From Bispira polyomma (Eukaryota), in NCBI GenBank assembly GCA_965649765.1, contig OZ287751.1, forward strand, positions 70,060,001-70,124,000: 64,000 nt of DNA. The letters are read 5' to 3'. Below, piece after piece: positions 24,301-32,685 of this stretch (positions are counted from its first letter, which is position 1; every line of letters starts with the position of its first letter). The position numbers and the translations under genes are program-made. The notes under the pieces were generated by a model that was not told where the DNA came from, searched no databases, and was given only the letters and a program-made list of their open reading frames with translations.

Positions 24301-27300
24301 AATTACTCCAATTAAAGAAATGAAATTGAACATTTAACCAGGCCACTTACAGGCAGATATATATTAAGTATGACATTCACAAGATAAAAGCAGTGGCAAA
24401 ACATTAGAAAATAGTCCTACATATGAAAGAAAATTTTACTATCTAAACAAAACATTCACTCCATATAGCGCTACAATCGATGACCAGGCATCCTCTGTGG
24501 CACATATCCCAATCAGCATGCAAAAGGATAGTCCGATAGAAGAAAAGGTACATGATCAGAGTTCAGGAAACAAATGTTAAACTGGAAAAGAAAGTTGATA
24601 CAGATGCGTTTTGAGCTTTTTTCTGAAGCTTGTAATTCTCTGAAGCTTGTAATTCTTTTCTCAGTGTGAAGACTATTAGAAAGACTAGTCCTCTCAACAC
24701 TTGAGTATAATTATACAATTCACAGCACAGTTTTGTTAACAACACTTTTGTTATTGGTCCAGACAGTCAATGTACTATAGATAATAAGACGTTGTACTGT
24801 ATATGATTACTGTATTGGGTACAGTTACACAATTTACAGGTACTGTACTGAGTATGATAACACACTTAAGATATTTGCAAACTAGCACAAGGTGAGAATA
24901 GATGAGGAGATTTAAGGCGAGACTATATCAATTACATATTTTCACTAAAGTTTTGTTACTTTCTTTAACAGAATGGTCCATGAAGAATGAGTAAAATATT
25001 TTTTTAAAAACCCCATTTTATTTAAAGACACACTTGCTTCATGATGTTCATGCTCGCAACCCGTGATAATGACAAATTAAAGAAAATGTAAGAAATTTGA
25101 TTTGTCTTGCAGTAGTTGGTAAAGGCCACTAAAGGTTACCTTTCTGTCCCTGCCTGAAGAATGGCTTGTTGACCTGTATAAAGAGAGAGCACTGCTTTGC
25201 TGAGAAGAGGAGTTCCGTCTCATTCTCAAAGATATAGCCTCCCAGTCCGTCACTCGTGGTCCCTTCTATACGCAACGTGTAGTTACCACCGTCAGCATTT
25301 TCTGGTATCTGAAGGTTAGAAATACGGTAAATAAAACCTCCAAACAGTGGCGAACACTCACTAGATCCAGCACCAAACTGTTCATGTTCACCATACATAG
25401 AGTGTGGTACTGTATACTGATTAAAATATGGGACCGGGGGAAAGTGTTCATTATATAGAGATTTTACTGTAGATCAAGTACTTTTATAGCATCTTCAAAC
25501 TTTTTAGCATTTATTTTAATTTATATTAGATGAAAACTCTAAAGTGCTAGATTAAAAGATAATCAGACATCTAAACCATAATAGTTTCAACATCAAAAAC
25601 AAATTTGTAAACTATCTTACAGATTAGATGTAAATAGATTAACTGTAGTCATTGGAATGTTTCTTATATTAGCTTTAGTATGTTAGTATTCAGGAGTAGT
25701 TAGTAATTACCAAGGATTATCAGGGATAGTATTGCGTGACGCGTGTGTAGTGTGCATACATAGATGGATACAAGTTTAGGCATACATGCATATTCACAAT
25801 TATTAGGTTTAATTGAAATTGACCTAAGTTTATGTTAGAAACTGGTGATACCAAAGAAGTATTGAAAACATGTGTGAGCTTTTGTTACATACAAATAAAA
25901 TGAGAGCTACTTTTTGATTTTTTTGGCGACAATTGACCTAAAATGTTTATTGTACAAAACGGTCTCCATCGGCATGAGTTGTATCTTTGTAAAGAGTCTG
26001 ATAGGTCTGTACTATAGTTAATATAAAACCTACCTCCATATGCATGAGTTGTATCTTTGTATAAAGTCTAATAGGTCTGTACTATAGTAAATATAAAACC
26101 TACCTCCATATGCATGAGTTGTATTCCTGTGTAAAGTCTGATAGGTCTGTGCTATAGTTAATATAAAACCTACCTCCATCTGCATGAGTTGTGTCCTTGT
26201 ATAAAGTCAGAAATGTCTGTGCTATAGTTAATATAAAACCTACCTCCATCTGCATGAGTTGTTTCCTTGTATAAAGTCTGATAGGTCTGTGCTATAGTTA
26301 ATATAAAACCTACCTCCATATGCATGAGTTGTATCCTTGTATAAAGTCTGATAGGTCTGTGCTATAGTTAATATAAAACCTACCTCCATCGGCATCAGTT
26401 ATATCCTTGTATAAAGTCTGATAGGTCTGTACTATAGTTAATATAAAACCTACCTCCATCGGCATCAGTTGTATCCTTGTATAAAGTCTGATAGGTCTGC
26501 ACTAAAGTTAATATAAAACCTACCTCCATCTGCATGAGTTGTATTCTTGTATAAAGTCTGATAGGTCTGTACTATAGTTAATATAAAACCTACCTCCATC
26601 GGCATGAGTTGTATTCTTGTATAAGGTTTGATAGGTCTGTACTATAGTAAATATAAAACCTACCTCCATCTGCATGAGTTGTGTCCTTGTATAAAGTCTG
26701 ATAGGTCTGTGCTATAGTTAATATAAAACCTACCTCCATCTGCATGAGTTGTTTCCTTGTATAAAGTCTGACAGGTCTGTGCTATAGTTAATATAAAACC
26801 TACCTCCATCTGCATGAGTTATGTCTTTGTATAAAGTCTGATAGGTCTATGCTATAGTTAATATAAAACCTACCTCCATCTGCATGAGTTGTGTCCTTGT
26901 ATAAAGTCTGATAGGCCTGTGCTATAGTTAATATAAAACCTACCTCCATCTGCATGAGTTGTGTCCTTGTATAAAGTCTGACAGGTCTGTACTATAGTTA
27001 ATATAAAACCTACCTCCATCTGCATGAGTTGTGTCCTTGTATAAAGTCTGACAGGTCTGTGCTATAGTTAATATAAAACCTACCTCCATCTGCATCAGTT
27101 GTATCTTTGTATAAAGTCTTGTACTATAGTTAAAACCTACCTCCATCTGCATGAGTTGTGTCCCTGTGGTGTAGAAGGTCTGATAAGCCTGAGCTATCTC
27201 TTCACTCCACCTCCTGATAGAAGCCCGTACGTTAATGTTCTCATAGTACATGGCCATAATGTTCACAGACAGCTGGACCACCTGGTTCGGGTGGATCTGT

Positions 27301-28982
27301 CTGGGGGCGACAATCATGTAGGATCTGTGGGATGAAACACATTTATAAACATTTAAAACAGAAGGGTTAATCCTTCGGAAGCCAAGAGAAAACTATTGCC
27401 GGGAACTGAAGGACATTTTTCAGTAATAAGTTAGCTGGAGCCACTAAAACACACATCACAGAGTATGGCCTCATGTAAAAAAAATTAGTGGGGCAGTCTT
27501 GTAAACATTGCCGTTTTTTTGTAATAACTCAAAAATTACTGAAGGTATAAATTTCCTGAAAATATCGTGAGGAAGCTTATTTTATCGGGTATATTGTGCT
27601 TTTTGTTGCATCAAAATCGGTATAGAAATATTCAGATATTCAGGTTTAAATACAGGTATCTATTTTTCTCAAATAATTGTATAGAAACTAAAATTGAAAA
27701 TTGCCTGTTAAACATCGGCTGGTCGCCTCAGAAAGTTGCCTGCATGGAAGCGCTCACTTAGTGTATATGTATATCAGTTCTTAGTGCATCTACAAAGTCC
27801 TTTCATAGTTCGGAATAAAATCTGTTTTATTCAAAAGGTTTATTGATGTGCTTTTTCTCTTACTTTCATCAAGATCCTGAATGACACAGCAGTGTATGCC
27901 AGTAACTGATTTGTTAATCCTTTGTACTAAACAATGAGACTTCAACTTATTTTTACAAAAAAAACACAAAAAAAACGTTGTACTCTATATTTACTAAACA
28001 TATAAATGAGACCTAGCACACGTCACCTCATTTCCCATGTACACTTTAGGGCTTAAATGCAATTGGCCGGTACCAACATGATATCACTAACTTCACTTTA
28101 AAATTTTAAGGGGGGATTTGTCGCCATGTTTTTGCTAAATTACAATAAATTATTTATTTCTATTATTAGCACATTGATTCAAATAAAACAGTACTATTTC
28201 ACCACGATTACAACTTTCAGCAGATCAACTACCATACATACATGGTACATTACTAGTATAGCATAATGACTCAATGTATTATTGTAAATGCCTAATTTTA
28301 GCACATTTCAAGTATATATTATTTCAAACAGATGCTCTTTCCTACATTTCCATACTTTTTTCCATCAAAAAAGAGTTGCCAGAGTTTGATTTGAGTTATA
28401 TCGTTACAGTGAATTTGTGTAACGAATCAAAAGAGCCGATACATTGTTATAAACATGACACAGTGCATATGTGCAGGTGAGTACGAAATGAGTCTTGTAA
28501 ATATTATGCTGTAAAACGTTTCCTTGTTTATACTTATTTGTTTGAAATATGAGGTTTGAATAAAGAACAAATAAATTATATTGTGTTAGCTAAGGTTATT
28601 TTCTTTGCATTATACTTCACTTAGTATATTTTATATTATATTTGGGGATTTTATGAAATCCCTGGCTTAAATTTCAGTGATTTAACGAATTCCTTGTCAA
28701 TCTTAGGCATTTGGTGAAATCACTGACTAAAAATCAGGGATTTCATGCAATCCCTGAGAAATACAGGAATTTGGCGAAACCCTGATTTACACAAATTCAC
28801 TGTGACATATATATTGCACACATGTCCACCACACAGGTAAACTGTTATTACCAATCTCTCCACACTTACGCATCCCTGTTCAGCCTATATCCATCTGGCT
28901 GATCCTGACATCCCACATTGCCTGTCAAACACACAATTATAACCAGCACCACTGTTAATAAACACAATCCTACTTTGATCAT
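158..28982 (-). CDS. Mcr: Macroglobulin complement-related (Mcr/TEP6-like, alpha-2-macroglobulin/CD109 family) gene; 15 coding exons in the window, 3' part beyond the left edge
   Basis: Hand-spliced exons: 28870-28982, 27141-27324, 25140-25308, 23440-23510, 22440-22494, 21851-21924, 20883-20922, 18800-18884, 11858-11978, 9099-9335, 8424-8606, 6762-6932, 4390-4575, 2785-2934, 158-344. All introns are GT-AG with compatible phases and no stops over 675 codons. It encodes a signal peptide then MG domains. Segments IPENADGGNYTLRIEG..GGYIFENETELLFS..SLFIQVNKP, RRWLSMQTNAG and FPAPNYGVDANQTFSYAGLLVFTD resemble Drosophila Mcr as recalled from memory; no alignment was run. Confidence 0.9.
2143..2800. 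repeat. Old duplication starting at the exon-14 donor; one copy is interrupted by a SINE-like fragment (~2530-2690)
   Basis: taatggtcccgat..agctgctttgt..taaaaagcc.ggc..actagcaag and acctgct.gat.ttaga..atacaatgtact each occur twice; decoy CATG|GTATGT at 2334. Confidence 0.75.
2785..2934 (-). CDS. Mcr: Mcr exon 14 (LEARFSRGKDFTGDTVEV...GTFITESM)
   Basis: Acceptor ttccccag, donor ATG|gtgagt. Confidence 0.9.
3485..3837. mobile_element. MITE
   Basis: TIRs agtagacgtatttcacagac / gtctgtgaaatacacctact. Confidence 0.75.
4390..4575 (-). CDS. Mcr: Mcr exon 13 (VTCGGNIITGG...GEVIADSFNFFVNGTRINN)
   Basis: Acceptor attacag, donor gtaagc; GEVIADS A2M motif. Confidence 0.93.
4510..4838. repeat. Diverged ~110-120-bp triplication spanning the exon-13 acceptor
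   Basis: atctctaac..acc..tgatgtt..gttacctRtaat..tgataaaa(a)ca..gggaNgtgtgagag occurs three times. Confidence 0.88.
4955..6785. repeat. 41-bp minisatellite (about 38 units) made of the 3' end of exon 12 plus its donor, with two longer decayed exon-12 fragments
   Basis: Unit actcaccacataatgtaccctctatacaaggttaaccctta; longer exon-like pieces at about 4962-5056 and 5244-5340. Confidence 0.95.
6762..6932 (-). CDS. Mcr: Mcr exon 12 (AYYDNFNEDR...HYSPTESYLYITSST...VERVHYV)
   Basis: Acceptor ctatag, donor GTG|gtgagt; YSPxxxYL motif. Confidence 0.9.
7490..7815 (-). mobile_element. SINE family B
   Basis: aaccaattgttca, catactagcca.tgctgccacat, tttatacacc, ctaaccactaagccac. Confidence 0.78.
7945..8303. 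mobile_element. PIF/Harbinger-type MITE
   Basis: TIRs gggccggtttcaccaaa / tttgggaaactggccc, CAG flanks, internal ttaaagga repeats. Confidence 0.78.
8424..8606 (-). CDS. Mcr: Mcr exon 11 (YAAVHKDGTPL...ATFITIT)
   Basis: Acceptor cctacag, donor gtaagt; DGxP motif. Confidence 0.9.
9099..9335 (-). CDS. Mcr: Mcr exon 10 (FPGVQDFLFTMKEL...VFKPNQTMDVY)
   Basis: Acceptor gttctag, donor gtatgt; open frame containing the FKP motif. Confidence 0.88.
9294..9567. repeat. 97-bp tandem triplication spanning the exon-10 acceptor
   Basis: gagctccttcatggtaaa..gaagtcctgta..ctggRaactRgaacaaacaacagatt occurs three times; exon starts at 9335 (real), 9432 and 9529. Confidence 0.93.
9598..9845 (+). mobile_element. 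tRNA-derived SINE, family A
   Basis: A-box tggcacagtggt, B-box-like ggttctactccc, ccttgggcaa core; other copies at 20471-20745 (+), 36595-36745 (-) and 15140-15440 (-). Confidence 0.85.
10174..10543. mobile_element. MITE, copy 1 (TIR taagccaattcagcattccgagtgcgcatgt)
   Basis: About 30-bp TIRs; near-identical copy at 42257-42604. Confidence 0.88.
10580..10895. mobile_element. PIF/Harbinger-type MITE
   Basis: TIRs ggcccgtattcac / gtgaatacggccc, CAG direct repeats on the flanks. Confidence 0.8.
10957..11840 (+). mobile_element. Three decayed tandem Helentron/HINE-like non-autonomous units
   Basis: 5' ctccaccaagga.gttatgttttcacc and 3' cttgg..ggag.tatg.Rctctactgagtgcc.ttctagtt hairpin ends; a further copy lies at about 59555-59735. 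Confidence 0.6.
11553..11760. mobile_element. Harbinger-type MITE with ttaagact/agtcttaa repeats, nested in a HINE-like unit
   Basis: ggggccatattaaaaaaa / ttttgttaatagggcccc. Confidence 0.65.
11858..11978 (-). CDS. Mcr: Mcr exon 9 (LSLGQPVLGRSKVKVDIW...EHEERY)
   Basis: Acceptor tttacag, donor gtaagt; GxPVxG motif. Confidence 0.88.
11993..12268. repeat. 52-bp tandem repeat (about 5 units) abutting the exon-9 acceptor
   Basis: Unit gtaatagaggccatcgaacaactcttactatggtgtacagggcttgtatcta; starts about 12 nt from the AG. Confidence 0.93.
13480..14660. repeat. Highly degenerate ~60-bp A-rich tandem repeat in intron 8
   Basis: Recurring aatacatgcagttagaYagaaaa..gtaaagcc.agtttaga.acaatagattgaagtaaa. 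Confidence 0.85.
15140..15440 (-). mobile_element. Rearranged SINE family A fragments with a duplicated head
   Basis: ttgcccaaggatg, two copies of ttctgatcacca.accaactcc, and catttatcaatgtccc. Confidence 0.65.
18235..18545 (+). mobile_element. Helentron/HINE-like element 3' portion
   Basis: Terminal hairpin atctcggcgggcttccgcgctccgagat followed by aacaa. Confidence 0.45.
18800..18884 (-). CDS. Mcr: Mcr exon 8 (FITAIDVNVSIPIYMMEDEYGLGGVMSAN)
   Basis: Acceptor ttaccag, donor gtaagt; FEVNVTMP-like motif. Confidence 0.88.
19250..20330 (+). mobile_element. 5'-truncated LINE (RTE-X/L2-like C-terminus plus 3' UTR ending in (atct)n)
   Basis: Frameshifted KLRTYTIFK..SLIAQLRSGTLPLKIE..LCKFCDEIEDERHFVFEC; tail aataaaaatctatctatctatc. 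The same tail occurs inverted at about 60150-60245. Confidence 0.75.
19843..20141 (+). ncRNA. Two tandem copies of a candidate structured RNA motif (19843-19933 and 20041-20141)
   Basis: Closing stems with two compensatory A-U to G-C changes between copies; internal helices retained through G-U pairs. Confidence 0.5.
20471..20745 (+). mobile_element. tRNA-derived SINE, family A
   Basis: gggttcaattccc B-box; shares ctagtggctcggatgaccacttaaaatggc with the 9598 copy. Confidence 0.85.
20883..20922 (-). CDS. Mcr: Mcr exon 7 (GYTYEEPFRVDEF)
   Basis: 40-nt exon, acceptor ttttag, donor gtaagt; FxVEEY-like motif. Confidence 0.88.
21851..21924 (-). CDS. Mcr: Mcr exon 6 (GVLNMEFPLSEQPHYGMWKIQVQAF)
   Basis: Acceptor ttctag, donor gtaagt; FPLSxxPxxGxWxI A2M motif. 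Confidence 0.93.
22236..22410. mobile_element. Tc1/mariner (Tigger-like) MITE
   Basis: tacagtaccatcttctattatccaaa / tttggataatagacgttttactgt; related piece near 6957. Confidence 0.6.
22440..22494 (-). CDS. Mcr: Mcr exon 5 (DSTNTIVRRWLSMQTNAG)
   Basis: Acceptor ttcctag, donor gtacat; phases fit. Confidence 0.9.
23440..23510 (-). CDS. Mcr: Mcr exon 4 (VLFRIMPIEKNLMSRSGSMDVYIV)
   Basis: Acceptor tttcag, donor gtaagg; VxFR motif of MG2. Confidence 0.9.
25140..25308 (-). CDS. Mcr: Mcr exon 3 (IPENADGGNYTLRIEG...IQVNKPFFRQGQK)
   Basis: Acceptor ccttcag, donor gtaacc; contains the IQTDKP-like motif. Confidence 0.93.
25964..27195. repeat. 70-bp minisatellite (about 17 units) made of the 3' end of exon 2 plus its splice donor
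   Basis: Unit atataaaacctacctccatctgcatgagttgtgtccttgtataaagtctgataggtctgtgctatagtta; donor copies at 27084, then every 70 bp down to 26034. Confidence 0.95.
27141..27324 (-). CDS. Mcr: Mcr exon 2 (SYMIVAPRQIHPNQVVQLSV...TGTQLMQME)
   Basis: Acceptor cccacag, donor GAG|gtaggt; YxIVAP start typical of the TEP/A2M MG1 domain. Confidence 0.92.
28402..28806. mobile_element. TIR element with TGT..ACA-like termini in intron 1
   Basis: cgttacagtgaatttgtgtaa / ttacacaaattcactgtgaca, tatat on both flanks, internal aaatccctg/cagggattt repeats. Confidence 0.6.
28870..28982 (-). CDS. Mcr: Mcr coding exon 1, signal peptide (MIKVGLCLLTVVLVIIVCLTGNVGCQDQPDGYRLNRDA)
   Basis: ATG in accATG context, hydrophobic core, donor GC|gtaagt, phase 2 fits exon 2. 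A possible upstream acceptor (tattacag) at 29018-29019 suggests an earlier non-coding exon. Confidence 0.85.
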
Positions 28983-29779
28983 GGTTAACAATTAACTACT
29001 TTATGTTTATTAAATAACTGTAATATTGCCACACAAAATGCCCCAATGTTTTTCAGTCCTCAATCAGCATTGCTTCCGACATTTTTCTATGATAGTGCTG
29101 TGTAGATCTGTGTTATCAGTAATGACCCTTTGTCCTCTTGCTTGCAAGTGTAAGGGACTGATAAAACGAGTTCTACCTTTATTTAGAAGTGCTGTCGTGT
29201 ATGTGGACTTTATGGAAATATGATTGGCGATAATTTAATCATTAATGTATGTGTATTAATGTACGCGATAACGAGGGTGGGTCCCAAAATTGGAGGTTTG
29301 GCGTTTCGCGCCCTTTTTTAAAATATTTAGGGTGGCAATTTTTTTTTAATAGAATAATTAAAATTAATGTATTTGTGTGATGTAAGTATTATTTGGGTCG
29401 CTTGCTTACGTCCTAGATATTTGGCACACCGAGGATATATGAGGTGTTTTATGAGACCTGTTTTCCATGCTATAACAAAATAATACTTATGACATCATCA
29501 TAAAAAATATTGTTAGTTCTACGTACGGAAGAGTATAAGGGCCAACTTTGTGGTTTTTTTTGTTTTTTTTTAATTGTCGAGATAGTATCTTGATAAATGG
29601 AGATAATTTAGATGAATGTTTTTTTTTTTTTGTTTTTTTTTTAATTGTCGAGATAATATCTCGATAAATCGAGATAATTAAAAGGAATTTTTTTTTTTAA
29701 TTGTCACCATATTAATTATCCACCATGGAGAAGGAAAGTGTGTGAGTGGCCAACTGAACAGCCAACATAGAAAAGGGCA

Positions 29780-30772
29780 CAAACAGTCATCGGGTCAAAA
29801 TTAATCAGCAAACAGTCACAGAGATCAAAAGTAGTTAATTAGGGCAAGACACAAACAGTCATAGAGGTCAAAAGTAGTTAATTAGGGCAAGACACAAACA
29901 GTCATAGAGGTCAAAAGTAGTTAATCAGCAAACAGTCATGGGGTCAAAAGTAGTTAATCAGGGCAAGACACAAACAGTCATAGATGTCAAAAGTAGTTAA
30001 TTAGGGCTAGACACAAACAGTCATAGAGGTCAAAAGTAGTTAATTAGGGCTGGACACAAACAGTCATAGAGGTCAAAAGTAGTTAATCAGCAAACAGTCA
30101 TGGGGTCAAAAGTAGTTAATTAGGGCAAGACACAAACAGTCATAGATGTCAAAAGTAGTTAATTAGGGCTAGACACAAACAGTCATAGATGTCAAAGTAG
30201 TTAATTAGGGCTAGACACAAACAGTCATAGAGGTCAAAAGTAGTTAATCAGGGCAAGACACAAACAGTCATAGATGTCAAAAGTAGTAAATCAGGGCAAG
30301 ACACAAACAGTCATAGAGGTCAAAAGTAGCTAATCAGCAAACAGTCATGGGGTCAAAAGTAGTTAATCAGGGCAAGACACAAACAGTCATAGATGTCAAA
30401 AGTAGTTAATTAGGGCTAGACACAAACAGTCATAGAGGTCAAAAGTAGTTAATCAGCAAACAGTCATGGGGTCAAAAGTAGTTAATCAGGGCAAGACACA
30501 AACAGTCATAGATGTCAAAAGTAGTTAATTAGGGCTAGACACAAACAGTCATAGAGGTCAAAAGTAGTTAATCAGCAAACAGTCATGGGGTCAAAAGTAG
30601 TTAATCAGGGCAAGACACAAACAGTCATAGATGTCAAAAGTAGTTAATTAGGGCTAGACACAAACAGTCATAGAGGTCAAAAGTAGTAAATCAGCAAACA
30701 GTCATAGGGTCAAAAGTAGTTAATCAGGGCAAGATACAAACAGTCAGAGTTAGGGTCAAAAGTAGTTAATCA
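29780..30772. repeat. Satellite with 43-, 42- and 34-bp monomers and a 119-bp higher-order trimer
   Basis: Monomer caaacagtcatagaggtcaaaagtagttaattagggcaagaca; the catgggg variant recurs at 30346, 30465 and 30584. Confidence 0.92.
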
Positions 30773-30891
30773 GGCTTTTAACAAAAGTCAATTTCAACAA
30801 AATTGGTCAGTATTTGTCATTTTATTTACTAATTACAATTTTAGGTGACCAAGAAGTTAGGGCCACTTTAACATAATTAAGTTAACCCTGA

Positions 30892-31772
30892 GTACACGGA
30901 TGGTAAGAATTCTGGCTGGTACGAATTCTAGACAATAAATAACATTATATGGAAATTCCAGGAAATACACAGGAACTACCATATCAAACTAACATTATTT
31001 TGTACTTTATTTTACACTGAATGTCTTCTTACTAAAAGAAGTGAGGAAATATATAATAAATCATAATTTAAATGTATAGAGATACAAGTAGGTCCTATAT
31101 ATTGCATTTGCATATAAGTGTTTCAAGTATGGTCCTATCGCTAGTTTTCGTGCTACTACCAGTTTTTGTGTTATTGATTTTTATATGAGAAATAAACACA
31201 TTTCATGGCGTCTTTTGACATTTGTGGTAAATAAATTTATGTTATTTGTTTATAGTCTGATATTTCGACCAAAATATGCTGTATGCATAGATAAATTACA
31301 TTTTATTTTGTATATAGTTTTACTTATGTTGTATTGATAACTGAGACGAAAACTAGCGCAACCGTCATACATCTACTCATATTTTGTGGTCGCAAAGTAG
31401 TGACCTGATAAAATATTGTTTATTTCAGATTTAATATAAAGTTGTGGAAAAAATAAATAATAACAGGAAATAAGATGAAGAAGCATACAGAAATGCTATT
31501 TCTGCACATTAAATCCTAAAGTGGCACTCAGCCTTGCACTTTCTCTTAGCCTCAAAACTGTCTAGAATTCATACCACTTGACTGGACATATAAACAAATT
31601 TAAAACCTTATTTTAAAGAATGTGTCAAAAGATTTTTCATTCATATTGATGTATGACAAGTGTTTCATGTATATCTATTTCAGTACATTTGACTTTTTAT
31701 TATATCTCATGCGACATACTTAAATTTAAGTGAAAACATCAAATTCTGTCTAGAATTCGTACCACCCGTGTA
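30892..31772. mobile_element. ~880-bp TIR element nested in the 29.5-32.4 kb element
   Basis: Left end tacacggatggtaagaattct..ggtacgaattctagaca; right end tgtctagaattcgtaccacccgtgta. Confidence 0.7.
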
Positions 31773-32436
31773 TAGATAACACAGTGACTTTGAGGTCACC
31801 TTACTAAACTATAGAGAATTACCATTTTAAATTACCAAGGGTGACTTAAAGTCACCATAATGTGAATGACTTTAAGGTTAACATTAACTATAATAACTAT
31901 GCTTTTAAGGTTAACTTTAATTAGGAAAAGTAGAATGACTTAATGTCATCTACCCATTATAGCATACTACTAGTAAAGAAGAGACTTAAGGTCATCTTAC
32001 ATTTAGTTTAAGTTACTTGAAACTTTACTAGTAACTAGCAGTTTTAGTTAAGGCGACCTTAAGGGCTACCTTTTAAAATAAACTGCCATTTATATTTCAG
32101 GGATTACTTGTAGTATGTACTATATGTTACAAATGCGTTATATACATAATTTACTAAAATGCCCAAACGCCATGCTATCAACTATTGTACATTGGAAAAT
32201 AAAATATACAAAAAAAAAAAAAAAAATCTTAATTATCTCGATTTATCGAGATATTATCTCAACAATTCAAAAGAAAAAAAAAATTCTTCTAAATTATCTC
32301 GATTTATCGAGATATTATCTCGACAATTCAAAAAAAAAAAATAAATAAAATAAAGTTGGCCCTTATACTCTTCCGTATTCTACGTGTGGATTATAAAAAT
32401 TATATGCTACAAAATGTTTATCAAATCAGTGTTTTT

Positions 32437-32685
32437 TACGAAAGCATATACAGGTCATACTTTTAAAAAAATTATCTTATAATTACAAGATAGGTGTTTC
32501 TTGTATTGCTCTATCTTGTAATTGCAAGATAGCTGTTTGTAGTAATTACCAGATATATCTTGAAATTATATGATCCACTTATCCAGTAATTACAATTTAG
32601 GGCTATCTTGTAATTACGAGAAATTCTATCTTGTAATTACTAGATAATTCTTTTTTCTAATGTGTCAGCTGTATAGGCTTCCGTA
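32437..32685. mobile_element. Short foldback MITE with TACG..CGTA termini and internal tatcttgtaattac repeats
   Basis: tacgaaagcatatacag / ctgtataggcttccgta; same terminal style as the adjacent large element. Confidence 0.7.

Larger units (their letters stand above)
29524..32377. mobile_element. 2.85-kb non-autonomous TIR DNA element with TACGGAAG termini (possibly IS3EU-like) and nested cargo
   Basis: TIRs tacggaagagtataagggccaacttt / aaagttggcccttatactcttccgta, inverted subterminal ttgtcgagata..atctcgataaatcgagataat repeats, and a 7-bp direct repeat TTCTACG on both flanks. The superfamily is inferred from the termini only. Confidence 0.8.

Noticed and set aside
26940-27317. 125-aa ORF as a stand-alone gene
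   Set aside because: It is Mcr exon 2 reading through its donor into the 70-bp repeat.
28990-29003. 13-bp inverted match (aaagtagttaatt) between the Mcr 5' leader and the 29.8-kb satellite
   Set aside because: Short and AT-rich, with no flanking similarity; plausibly chance.
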